Assembly (NCBI RefSeq): GCF_009914755.1
Contig: NC_060941.1
Length of the DNA stretch: 64,000 nucleotides
Direction: 5' to 3' (one strand)
Origin: the human T2T-CHM13v2.0 reference genome, Homo sapiens
Part shown: piece after piece, positions 14,876 to 29,828 of the stretch
Layout: every line of letters begins with the position of its first letter
Position numbering within the stretch: position 1 is the first letter of the stretch
Notes under the pieces: generated by a model
Databases searched by the model: none
Told to the model about the DNA's origin: nothing
Seen by the model: the letters and a program-made list of their open reading frames with translations, nothing else
Position numbers and translations under genes: made by a program

Positions 14876-15547
14876 CAACTTTCTATTCTACTCTATGGTC
14901 ATTTCCAGCCCCACTTCCCAGGCTTCAGACCTGCGTTTGAACTTGATGGTGAGAAATCTGCACCTGGGTATCTCCTAGGCCCCTCAGACAGGTTCACGTA
15001 GGAATCACCATCTTACTCATTAAAGGGAGACAGCCTCCTGCCTTTCCCTGTTTCTGTGAAGGGGTTGACAGAATACTGGGTCTCTTGTAGTCTGGTGATA
15101 AGCCCTTTTTCTTCTTCATTTCTGAGGACAGAATCTTTACCTTTGACCAACTGTAATGGTTAGAAGCAGGTCAACCACAAGGTTGATATAGCAGAATGTA
15201 CATGATTGTTGAGACAATTGTTGGAGGATGAGACAATTTTTCAGAGACGTCGAATTGGAGGGAAGCCATGGATGTAAGGAGAGAGAAGTAAAAGGGCAAA
15301 GCTTGGGTGGGGAGAGGGGTTTCACAGAGATGGTGGTTGAAATATACCAATCAGATACTTCCTGAGTTCCTTTTCCTTCATAAACACTTACAATGGGAAT
15401 GGTGAAAGCTTTCACCCAATAGGTAGGGAATTTTCTGAGGGGACTGGGGAATTCCATATAGAATAGGATGACTGTCTGGCTAATTAACAGAGCCCTCTGT
15501 AGAATCTGGTGGCCCAGATACCCATGGGAAAGTCAAACTCACGAGAC

Positions 15548-15761
15548 CTTTCGTCAATGTGATGGGGCCAAAGTAATTGGCATCCATGATCTTTTTGTCG
15601 AGCTCCAGAGAAATCTTATGGGCAGGCCCCTTCACCTTCACACTGGCATTGTTGATGAGGATGTCCACACAGCCATAGCAATCCAGGACTTCTTTTGCCA
15701 CATCTGGGACACAGCTGATGTCTGAGAGGTCCAACAGGACCAGCTTTGGGGTGAATGTCTG
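15548..15761 (-). CDS. DHRS7C: DHRS7C coding exon 3 (214 nt, or 211 nt from 15758 via NAGNAG)
   Basis: (Q)TFTPKLVLLDLSDISCVPDVAKEVLDCYGCVDILINNASVKVKGPAHKISLELDKKIMDANYFGPITLTK; SDR DILINNA motif; frame-preserving donor AAG|GTCTCG. Confidence 0.94.
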
Positions 15762-16359
15762 CTGAACCAATGAGAGAGTCAGGGTATGTGTGAGATCTCC
15801 TCCCTCTTGCAGACCTTGGGAGCCCTCGATCTAAAAGCCACCCATTTTGAAATTCAAAGATAATGAAATGACTGAAAAAAAAAAAAGACGAAGAAGCAGA
15901 GATGATTCTGGGATGGAGGATATTGCCAGATAATTCATACTTGGGGACCAGGGCAAAAACAACAACAAATCTTGACACGAATATGCAGCGATAAATCTAA
16001 ACTCTTGGCCAGGGTTCCAGAACTGATAAATGAATATTGCCCTTCACGGCAGTCCCTTTGCAGGGTTGCACTGACTCCAGTGGTGACATCATTACTTTTA
16101 ACATTTCTGAGCCCCTTTGTGGAAATTGCTTTTCAACCTGGCTTGCAAGTTGAAAAAAAAAAAATCTATCACAGTACTTAATAGCCATATTTTAAAAAAC
16201 TAAAATCATACACTCAACACAATATTTTTGAAGCACCTACTATGTGCCAGGCACTGTGTTTAGCCAGATACTTGCTGCATCAAGACTCTATTGATCTAGG
16301 GATGTGTAGGAGGGTGGACAGATGGGAAAATTGTTGACACCAAGGGGTAAATGCAATCC

Positions 16360-16625
16360 CAGTGTTTGACAAAGACTAGTCCTGAGATATGCCCTTGAAG
16401 AGAGGGTTCCGTAGTCAAATTTGTTTGGGAAACATAGGCTGTTCTCCAAGTTCTTCTTGGAGATACACAGTGCACACTGGCATATTAAAGGCTCTGAAAA
16501 GTCCTGCAGTGAAGAAACTGGACAAGCTTAGCTTAACTCAGTGTTTCTCACACAATTGACCGCAAACCCTTGCTTTTACCCAGTGCCTAATCACATCCCT
16601 AGAAACACACTTTGGGGCATTCTGT
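16360..16625. mobile_element. hAT-Charlie MITE-like element
   Basis: cagtgttt...gcatattaaaggctctgaaaagtcctgcagt; related opposite-orientation copy near 51128-51440. Confidence 0.55.
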
Positions 16626-17204
16626 GTTGTCCTGTTTGATTCATCTCCTCAAATATTAGACTTACCTCCGAATTACTTTGAGCCAGCAAATGCAACCTCA
16701 AAGATAAAGATTAGAAAAATATATCCTGAAGGGAGCTCCAAAGACAGTCCCCTGACCAGTGCTCCAGAAAAACCTTTGGAAACTGCAGCCTTTTTGAAAT
16801 AAGTGTTCACTTCCTGGGAGAGTTCTTGGGAAGGGATCTCATTTATCTGGTTTCTTTGATGGAGATATCAGTTCAGGTATTTAAAAAAAAATGACTGTGT
16901 TTGTAATCACAGTCCATACCTGTAACATCCTCTGTCTTCTGGATCCTTGTTGAGTTTGAGTTACATAGGGTCAGGGCAAGGAGCTGTGGCTACAGAACAT
17001 GATTTTGTCATGGTGGGTGGTCAAAACAAGTCAACCCTTTATGAATGGCAAACATGCCTATGTCAAGGTCATTGGGTTCATTGCCTCACATTCCCCAGAG
17101 CAATCACCAAGTTTCCTCCACTTGGTCCAAGAGCTGGTCCTGAACAATCAATGGAGGCTGGGAGTTCCCAGGAGTTACCCACGCCTACTGCTAGAAGACC
17201 TTAC

Positions 17205-17317
17205 CTTGCTGGGGTCAGCCACGCTGATCAAGGCATCATATAGGTTCTCTAGCCTCTCCCAGTTCTTTCCACACAGCACCAGCCTTGCCCCACCTGTGTG
17301 GAACACCCGAGCACACT
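17205..17317 (-). CDS. DHRS7C: DHRS7C coding exon 2, 113 nt
   Basis: CAG|AG acceptor; (E)CARVFHTGGARLVLCGKNWERLENLYDALISVADPSK; donor AAG|GTAAGG; phase fits exons 1 and 3. Confidence 0.95.
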
Positions 17318-18014
17318 CTGTGGGGAAGAAGGAAACAGGGCAGGGCACACTGTGTGGATGGAGCCACTGACAGTGAACCCCCTCTCTTGGGAACTCATGA
17401 ATTCAAAAAACTCAGAAGTCTTAGCACCACGAGGTCCTTTAGGGGTCACTTCATTGAACTCCCTCCCCGGGCTGGAATTTTTGTCATTTCCAGCCTCTGC
17501 TTAGTTGCTTCCGTGAAAGTGAGCTCATAGTGGAGTGAGACAACTCCTCCTTTGTTAGAAAGTTCTGATTATTGGAAATTCTTCCTTACACTGAACAGAA
17601 GGATGAACCTGCCCACCTGGTCCCCCAGGACCGCAGCCCTAGAGATATCTCAATCTAAAGATAATGGAGACAAACCACCATGTTTTTTCAAATCAAATGT
17701 CACCAGTTTCCTCCACATTTTCTCTGGGGATAGACAACTCAGCCAGGGTTCTTTTTATTTAAAAAGTAAACCTACTTTCTGTCTAATTAATTTTCCTCTG
17801 GACTGATTCCTGACTCACCCAATATAGCATTTTCTCAACTAAGTGTTACCTGGTAGACATACAGAATTCTTGTGTAGCAATACCGATGATACTTAAAAGC
17901 AATAGAAGCTCACAGATTTGGAGAGTTTGCTTGCTGTAGGAACTGTTGAAAGATATGTACATATCTCTTACATATCGCTCTAGTTCATTTAATACTCACA
18001 ATAACCTTATGAGA

Positions 18015-18480
18015 CAGTATCTTTAGGTTGGGTTCCTAGGAAGCAGACTCTGAGACAAGGATTCGGGTGGCCAGGATTTACTGAGGGCTTGCTCTTCAGA
18101 GACAGCCTATCGGGGAGTGAGGTCATGGAATAGGGGCCAGGAGAGGATGTGGTCTCAGGAAAGTCTAGCTTTGGTTTGATCCAGGAAAGACTCTGGAGTC
18201 TAAACTCCATTGCAGAGCTGGAGGCAAGAGGATCGGCCTTTGTACACCAGTGTCAATCAGTCACTGATGTGGGCTGCCCTCTCTGGGGGTGCGTGCATAG
18301 GCTGTGTAACTCCTAGGTAGGGCAGCGTCCACTGGCAGAGGACAAGTCTTTGGGAAAGGAGGCATCTGCACGCCATTTGCAATCTGCATGCCATTTGCAG
18401 CCAACTCTTACAGTGCCTGGGAAATGGATGAACTGACCAAATACAGGGATCTGGAAGAGGCACCAACAGCACCTACTGCA
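18015..18480. mobile_element. Old ERVL-type LTR fragment
   Basis: aggttgggttcctaggaagcagactctgagacaagg terminal motif. Confidence 0.5.
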
Positions 18481-19394
18481 GGGAAGAACCTATCATTGTC
18501 TCATTTACACCATGAAGTAGTGGACTCAGACTGGCTGGGAACACGGAAGGACAGCCTGGCAGCCTGGTGCCCAGTGGAGGCTGAATATCCCGAGTGTTGT
18601 GGCCTCCAAGTGAACTCAGGGTTGTGTGATTTTCTCCAGCAGAGCCAAGAAGCCTGCTGCAGGTGGAGAGAAGGGACCTGCTGCACAGGACAGTTGGCCA
18701 GGGTTTGGTAAGTGGGCATCATGGACAGGGAAACTGTGGTATTGGAGAGATGGAGGAATTGAGATGCTGGACTATGAAGTCTAAATCAGGTGGGAGCAGG
18801 AGTGAAGGCAGAAAAGGCCAAGAGAGGACCCAAGCAGAGAGTTGTGGGGATAAGAGGTCTCCATGAGGCCTGAAAACAGGTGTACTGGGCATCCTGAGAG
18901 AGCTGGGAGGAGGGCTCTAGGAGAGCTCAGTCTGCTGACAGAGGGAAACCCGAATCCAGAAGTAACTGGGTTAACAATGTCACCTTGAATTGTTACGGCT
19001 GCAGAGAGGGAAGATTCCTCTCAATGCAAGTGTTTTATTGAGAAAGAGGCTGTCCGTGATGAGTCTGGATGACAAAATTCAATAAAGATGTCAATTTGTC
19101 TCCAAGTTAAATTGATCCAGTAAATCAGGATCCCAACGGGTCTTGGGAAATGACAGAAAGATCCTACACTTTATATGGCATATTTTGCACACTTTAATTG
19201 GAATACTCAATATGAAGGAAAGCAAAGAACATGTTGAAAAACAGTTGTTAAAATATATTGTAAAACTACAGAAATTAAAGAGTTAGCAGTTCAAGTCTAG
19301 ATAGAAATATTGATAATAAATAGAGTCAGGTATTGAGGAGAATTTAGTGTATGATAAAGTTAACATGTTGAGCCAACGGGAAAAGAATGTATTA

Positions 19395-19685
<291 letters not shown>

Positions 19686-19912
19686 TTAAAAATGGTATTT
19701 GAATACCTATCTGGGAGGGAAAAAAAGCTGGATGCATTACACCAAAATATACTAAGTAGTGAAATATAAAAACATAACCAAAACAGAAATAGACGAAGAT
19801 AGAGATGAATATATACCCTTGCATTGGGGAGGACTCCTGAGCATCCATTGAAAGAAAAAAAATCCTAATAGAAATGATTTATAGATTTTACCCTTTTAAA
19901 AAAAACCTTCTT

Positions 19913-20301
<389 letters not shown>

Positions 20302-21762
20302 CTATATGTCAGAAAAGGGTTAATTTGATATGTGAAGAACTCTTACAAATCAATTAGAAAAAAGATAAAGTTGCTAATAAAGAAATTGGTTAAGGAGATG
20401 AGTAAGCAACTCACAAAAAAAGTATCAAGATACAGAAGGTGAGTCAATACCAGTAATACATAAATGCAAACTAAAACATGGGGCTAATTTTAATCTATCA
20501 GATAATCAAAAACAAAATTGGAAATAGTCTTGGCCACATTCTTGGCCACTGTGAATAACAATTTTGAAGCCCTAACAACTGATGTTGCAGAAATTGGTCT
20601 ATTGACATGGAACGAAGTTCGCAATAGAGTAAGTTTAAAAATAATTTTAAAAAAGATTCAAAACAGTGTGTTGAATACGATGCCATAACGCTGGGTTGTG
20701 TGTTTATGTATGTAATAGAATAGTAAATCTACATATCTATATGTAAAAATAGGTTACATTAGAAGTTTAACTGAGGCACTGAGATCAAATAGATATAAAG
20801 ATATAAATTCCTAAGTTAGATGCCAGTCCAAGATGCTGACTTTCAAAGGAAATTTTAAAAACATGTCATATGAAGTTCAGTTCCCTTTACCCACAAATAG
20901 GACACGAATGAATCAAAGAAGAGGAGGAATAGCGGGGACTTCGAAGGAGGATCGCCTGGAAAGAATGTTAGGTGAGTTTTCGCCCATGGGCCCAGGCTGG
21001 GGCTGTTTTCCTTTGCCTCCATCCCAGAGTGAAGGGCACAGGAGGAATCAACAGAACAGCACAGTTCCCCGCAGCCAGGAGCCCAGCTTCATGTCTTATG
21101 GGCAAGATCCTGGGCTCAGCCAATGCCCTGAGGGCAGAGAAAAGGAAAACTGGGACCTCTTCATTGGGGGTGGCCTGCAGAGCCAAAGAAGTCACAGCCA
21201 CCAATGGCCAAGGTAGGTCATGAGTTGGTTGAGAGCTCGTCTGAAGACTGCCCAAGAGGACCTCTCAGAAGGGCAGTGGAACTCCAAAGGACAGGGTTGG
21301 TGGGGAGTAGACTGCCCGGGAACCAGGGGCTAAGGAGGGATTGAGTGAGTGGAGAAAAAACCCACATCTCCCATTTCACAGAAATGAATAATCCTAGGGA
21401 GGCCTCTGAAAGGCACATGAAAGTGCCCACGAGAGAAAGATTCAGACCCAGTTTTAGACATGTGCCAGGCCCATGGACCTTGAAGCCATCTTACAGCACT
21501 GTCAGTTGGGTGAGAGTTTTTCTCGCTCTCCTATCTTGTCTCCTTCCAGTCCCTGAGGCCCTAGAAGCCTCAGAAACAGCAGGAAGCTTCCCTCCAACTT
21601 GCACTAGCTGTGGGGAGGAGCAGAGAGGGGGAAGAAAGTTCGAATTCAATGAAAATGGACATGTTATCAGGTATTAGACTGGGCATCCCAATTCCAGAAT
21701 CAATGCTCTGTTTCGGGACCCACCGTGACGGAAGGATTTTGCATAATCTAATAGTAATCAGA

Positions 21763-22174
<412 letters not shown>

Positions 22175-22669
22175 TCAAGACACCCTTGATTCATGCTCGC
22201 TCATGACTGGTTACTCACATAAGCATCCCCCTGAAAGGAAATGAAGGATGTGTTCACACAGGATGTCCCCAAGCACGTGGGGTTCTACGTGTGTTTTGTG
22301 TTCTTTTTACTTAAAAAAAATTCTTTTAAATATACATGGCTTTTATAACAGAATTCACTAACAGAAACTTCCGTGGGCAGCAGAAAGTCTAGTCTTTCTG
22401 CATTTCAGCTGTCATTCTGGAGCAGAATGATGGTTGGATATTACAAATGAGAGAAGTGAGGTTCAGTGGGTTGAAATGAATCACCCGGAGTCCCACAGTT
22501 GGCCAGCAGGGAAGCCAGGATGTGAACCCCAGGAGTCTGACATCCAGATGGGGAGTAACGCATTCTCCACACTAGGCTCCTCTTGGCCAATGCCCACTGC
22601 TGAGGAAGGGACACGTTGAGGGTGCATTTTCACTCCTCGCTCCCTCCCTCTCTTGATGATGGGCATCTA

Positions 22670-22997
<328 letters not shown>

Positions 22998-23416
22998 TGA
23001 GGGGCCTGTGAGCAGGAGCCAGATCAAACCTCTGGCCTTGGCCTTGTTAGAACAGACAGCTAGGAGCATTCTTCCCCATCACTCCATTTCCCTTCGCCAC
23101 TAACACCTTGCCTTGCCCAGGTGTGCCTGGGAGGCTGGAGCCCAGTGGCGTGCTCAGTGCCTCGGTGCTACTGCAGCCAAGCCTAGAGGCGCTGCTCCTG
23201 AAGAAGTCATTTCTGCTGAAACCAGGCCTTTGGTATACCCAGGTGTCCTTATTTCTATTCTTATATCAGCTCAGCAGGTATCTCGCATCGAGCACTTTGG
23301 TACCAGGCTTTTCTTTTTCATTCAATAAGCATAAATTGAGCCCTTCTTTCTGTATTTCATCAATGTCAGATGCCATCGATGATGAGCTGTTGCCTGATTT
23401 CAGAGATAATAAATGA

Positions 23417-23720
<304 letters not shown>

Positions 23721-23868
23721 CGACATTTTAAACGGTGGCCTATGGGGATTGTAAGATGCTATGGATGGAAAGACAATCAGTCTGATTTCAGAAATGTTTA
23801 AAGGACAGAAACTGCACCTTTGAGGTGATAACACACAGGCAGGGCTGGCGTTCAGCTGTATCCTCTGA

Positions 23869-24225
<357 letters not shown>

Positions 24226-24769
24226 TGATTGTCACTCTTGCTGCAGACACAGTGGGTACAAGGTGACAGGATTCCCCGCTTGGCCAAATCCTGGAGGTTT
24301 AGAGCGAGGGCTAGATGCCCCAGTCTTTGTCTGTCTGTTTGATTTCCCTAGTAAACAACTTGGTGTGGCAATCCCTGCTGCTCCCGATGGCACCCATGGG
24401 GTTCGTGCAGGTTCCGTGGCACCAGGGTGTGCAGCGGCTGTGCACAGCCTGCATCATCCACTCAGTGCCCTGGACTTAAGACATGCAGCAATGGGAGCCT
24501 GGAATCACTGCCGTCAGCAGCGTGGAGAGCTAGGCATTTATTTAAGGTCACACACATCCAGCATCTCAAGTTACTGCTAAGTACCGGGACTTTATTTTTT
24601 TCTTCTTTGCATTTCTTTCCAGGGTGGGTCAATGAGATATAGTAAAAAAAGAACAGTGACAGTAGACACGACAAGCTAGGCCATGAGGTCCTGCAAAGGC
24701 TGTTTCCCTCATGAGATGTATTTCCTGGGTGCCTGATTTGATCACGTGTGACTACAACTGAATGAGGTG

Positions 24770-25080
24770 TTTTAAAAATGAATGAGATGATTAAAACAAA
24801 CACACATCTCTCAACGATCAGTAAAACTGTATTTCTACCTAATAAGACACAAAACTAGCAAGGCTACGGAAGAACTGAGCAACCTCCCCAACAAACAGGA
24901 TCGAATCCACATTTGTAGGACAACGGCAGAACGTACATTCTTGTCAAGCACTCGCAGAACCCATATCGAGATAGGTCATAAGACAAACCTCAGCACATTT
25001 AAAAGAATCGAAATCATACAGAGCGTATTCTCCAACCATGTTGGAATCAAGCTGGAAAGCAATAAAACAAATTTGCAAGA
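24770..25080 (+). mobile_element. L1 ORF2 endonuclease-region fragment
   Basis: cagaacgtacattcttgtcaagcac...ggtcataagacaaacctcagcacatttaaaagaatcgaaatcatacagag. Confidence 0.75.
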
Positions 25081-26299
25081 ACACACTTATCCAAATGAGG
25101 GCCTTCCCTGATCACATGTCACTTTTAGAGGTTATTCATTAAATACACATTTTCTGAGGATGTCAACCAAGCATTGAGCTAGGTGCTGAGGCTGCCTGGG
25201 TGAACAAAACACAGGCTCCAGCACCAGGAAGCCTGTATCTAGTGGACCCACTGAGAAACACACAGATACAGCATGAGAAATACACTAATGTGGTGTGCAC
25301 TTACAAGGGGCCAGTTAAGAAGCTGGTCCACAAGGACCATTCAAGAGGAAGGAGCAATTAAGGTGTCAGGACAGGCTCCAGGGTAGAGGCCGTATCAGGG
25401 ATCGCATGTTAGCAGCCCGGTGCAATGCCAGACAAAGGTGCGCTATTTGGAGAGCAAATTTCTCGCAAAGCCTTCTGTTCTGAATAGCTTTAGGTGGGCA
25501 TCTCTTTTCCAGCTCTCCAGGGCGGCACACTCCCTGTTGTCTTTTGTCTGGTCTGATTGACAGATGTGTGTGCCCTGGCTTGCCCTTGAAGAAGGAGTTT
25601 GAGTTTGTGTACCTCGCTCCCTTTTGATACAGGATATCCTCTCTGGGAATTGTGTGTGAGACTCATCTAGGGGCCACTTAGAGAGCCTAGTCTATCTGCC
25701 TTATGCTTTGTTTTCTATCTTAACAAGATGCACCTGGGTCGATCACCCACTGAAAACTAAGCCATCCTCAAAGCGTGCAGATTGGCTCCCATTGGGATGC
25801 CGAAGAGGCTAAGCAGCAGGCTCTGAGAAAATTCTCAGGGAGGTTACAAACGTTCTCACGATGGCAGCACTATGAGAGTAAGTGCCCAGCCCCCCAGAGG
25901 GACTCTCGGGGCAATGCTCAGGACATAGTGGACTCAATGGACACTTACTGAGTTACTAATGAATGTTTGGCTGTGTGGGATCTATGCTCTATTAAAAATA
26001 ATAAAAACAACAGCAAAAGTTGCACTAACTATGTAACATATAAAGTTGTACTACCATTGTCTGGAAGGATAGAGTCAGAATCTTGCAAACTTAAGGACAA
26101 TTACGGCCCCTCATGTCATAGATGTCACCAGCAGAAGGGCCTCTCTGAGGTGATATAATTCAGGAGTTGCAAATGCAAATGCCTTCAATGCCAGAAAGTG
26201 TAATGATTGAAAGAATCAGGCCAAGTGTGATGCAATAGGGATGGGTGGGGTGTGTGGCCCACTAGCGTGGGCATGTTTTGCCTATATGTGTTCATGATC

Positions 26300-26520
26300 A
26301 TCATTACTAACCCTTGAGTGATATCCACTGTAGCTCCAGGTACTGTTCTAAGTGCTATCCATCTATGAACTCGTTTATTCCTCACAATGGCAGCATGAGG
26401 TAGAGACTGCTGTTATCCTCGCCTTACAGATGAGAAGTTTAAGGCAGAGAAGTGAAGTAACCAGCTAGTCATTGCTGGAGCCAGGAACTGAACCCAGCTC
26501 CTGAGTCTGGGCTCACAACC
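26300..26520. mobile_element. MIR
   Basis: cctcacaa...atgaggtag...ttacagatgagaagttaaggcaga. Confidence 0.7.
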
Positions 26521-26848
26521 AGTACATTGCCCCAGCTAAAGGCTTTGAATTTTCAAAATTTCTGGAAACCCCATGAAGCCAAAACAAATCACATCTGCAG
26601 ACCAGTTTTAGCCCTTAGGCTGTGAGTTTGCAACCCTAGATATTCCACCACCCTCATTTATCAGGAATCTGCAGCCTCCAAAAGATGGGAAACTTGCTGG
26701 TTAATGATAGAAGCTGGGAGAGAACACAGGATCGATCCCCTCCCACCGAGCAGGTTTGCCCACACAGCGCCCTGCCGCCCTGCCACCCTGCCATCCTGCC
26801 AGTCCCTGGGGGCAGAAATGGGCACAGGTGGGAGCAAAGCCAGCTTAC

Positions 26849-27002
26849 CCTTGCCCAGTCCTGAGATGGCATCGGTGATCACCACCACTTTGTTCTGCAC
26901 AGCTGACTTTGACCACAGCCTGGACACCTCTTGGTAAATGAAGAGGAGGCCGCTGATTCCCAGCAGCAGCAGGGGGAGCATCAGCATGGCCATGACTCCC
27001 AT
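26849..27002 (-). CDS. DHRS7C: DHRS7C (SDR family, SRP-35) coding exon 1, 154 nt
   Basis: ATG at 27002; MGVMAMLMLPLLLLGISGLLFIYQEVSRLWSKSAVQNKVVVITDAISGLGK (hydrophobic anchor + Rossmann beta1); donor AAGG|GTAAGC. Confidence 0.96.
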
Positions 27003-27312
27003 CTTGTTCTGGGGGACAACGGAGTAAAAGGGGATTGGCTTTGCAAAGAGACGCTGATCAGGACTCCCAGGGCAGGGGGAGGCCCAAGGCTGCAGGGAGC
27101 TCAGCTCTGTGCAAGCCTCCAAGCTGAACACCCAGTGGGCGTGCTAATCCCCAAATGTTCAACAAATAGGAAGTTACTCACAGTGTCTCCGAAAGCAGAC
27201 CGAATCCAGGGGGCCTGCCCTCCCCAGTGGTTAATTACAAACTTAATTAAAATGGGTCTGCATTTTTGGAAGAAAATCCATGTGTTAAGGCCACTTGCTT
27301 GGGCCCTAATGG

Positions 27313-27322
27313 TTATTTATAG
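27313..27322 (-). promoter_or_regulatory. MEF2 site overlapping a TATA-like box, putative DHRS7C promoter
   Basis: minus strand CTATAAATAA matches YTA(A/T)4TAR and contains TATAAATA; about 310 bp upstream of the ATG. Confidence 0.55.
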
Positions 27323-28039
27323 CTTTCAGTTGCACTAAAAGGCTGTCAGGGTAAATATAGTGTCTATTCTGATATTCAGGAACACATGCTGGCCGGGTCT
27401 GATTTCAGGGCTCTTGCCAAAGCTCTCCTGGCTTGCCTGAGTATTAGAGGTTTCCTCTGCAGTTTGGGACTGAGCACGAGGGATCCAAACCTGGGATTTT
27501 CAGCACAAACATCCTTGCCCTCACTTCCGGTAACCTCGTAATCAGGTAGCTTCCAGGTAGTTTGGATGCATGTGGCAGAAGACCATCTGGCCTTTGCTTT
27601 CTAATTGGAGATGAAAAGCATAGAAAACTGCTAAACAGAATGAAGCCTTTTGCAGAAAGAGCCACTGGGAGGTGTGACAGGAAATATCAGAAAGAGCACA
27701 CTTTTGAGAGTGTTTCTCACCTCTCTGAGCCTTAGCTTCCCTGTCTGTAAAATGGGCAGGACCAATGGGAGGACAAACCATACTGCACAGTGTGGGCCTA
27801 GCATAGATCCCGGGCCGTAGGAAGGTAACTACTGTTATCTTTAGCGGTTGAGGATACTAAGAATTTATCCCAAATGTGAAATATTTTCATTACATAAGGA
27901 AACTCAGTAGGATTAGAACTGGAGAGACAGAAACCCAGTTCAAGTACTGGAGCCATCCCAAACCAGAAGGCCAATCACAATCAGGTCCTAATTTGTGCGG
28001 TAAACAGCATTGAGCCAATCAGGAGTAGGACTAAGAGCA

Positions 28040-28165
28040 GTGTGTGTGCATGTGTGTGTGTGCGCGCATGTGTGTGTGTGCATGTGTGTGTGCGTGTGTG
28101 CGTGCGTGTGTGTGTGCGCACCTGTGTGTGTGCACGTGTGTGTATGTGTGTGTGTGTGCGTATGT
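28040..28165. repeat. Imperfect (TG)n/(TGCG)n microsatellite
   Basis: direct inspection. Confidence 0.95.
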
Positions 28166-28407
28166 GGGGGGGGTAAAGAAGACTGTATTTCTTTCTTGGA
28201 AATTAGAAATAACCAGGAAGATTAAAAAAGTCCCAGAATTTTATTGACACTTAATGTACATATTAGAAACACACACGTAAATGTAGAGCTTGATGAATCT
28301 TCATAGACTGAATATATTCACGTGACCAGCATGCAGATCAAGAAACAGAACATTGCCAACATGCCTCATCATGTCTCTCTCCAGCCCTGAGGGTAGCTAC
28401 TTCCTAA

Positions 28408-28776
<369 letters not shown>

Positions 28777-29286
28777 AAGTTTTTTTTAAATAAATTATTA
28801 TCTGTGTTCAATGCTGCTGATTGGTCAAGTAACGTAGGGTCTGAGAAGTGCCTGTCAGCTTTAGTGATGTGGAGTCATTGGTGACATTGACGGGCACCTC
28901 TGTGTGAAGACTATTGTGTGGTTTCTGCTCTCCCTCAGACTTACTGTCAGTGGCTCTGTCATGAGCCAACCCTGCAAGATGGTTCCTGACTCATCCAAAC
29001 CCCCGGGACTTGATGCTTTGAAAGCATCTGCCTACCTGGCTATTTGGATGATGGTCTCGACAAGCCTAAAAGATGCTCCAAGTTTTTAGCCTACAAGTTC
29101 CTCAGAACTTGGTTGAATAACACTAGACAACTTCGATTTTGCCTCATGTCCCTGATGATGGAGAAGAGGCAGGACAGGATGGTGGGTTCTTTGTCATGGA
29201 ATTATGTTTGAATTTGGACAAAGTTCCCTGGGAGCTTTAGTTGAACTAATGAAAACTCAGATCTACTCAGGGGCATGGGGCTTTAG

Positions 29287-29828
<542 letters not shown>

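Noticed and set aside
17951-17966. 16-bp perfect palindrome agatatgtacatatct
   Set aside because: Short and AT-rich with no supporting context.
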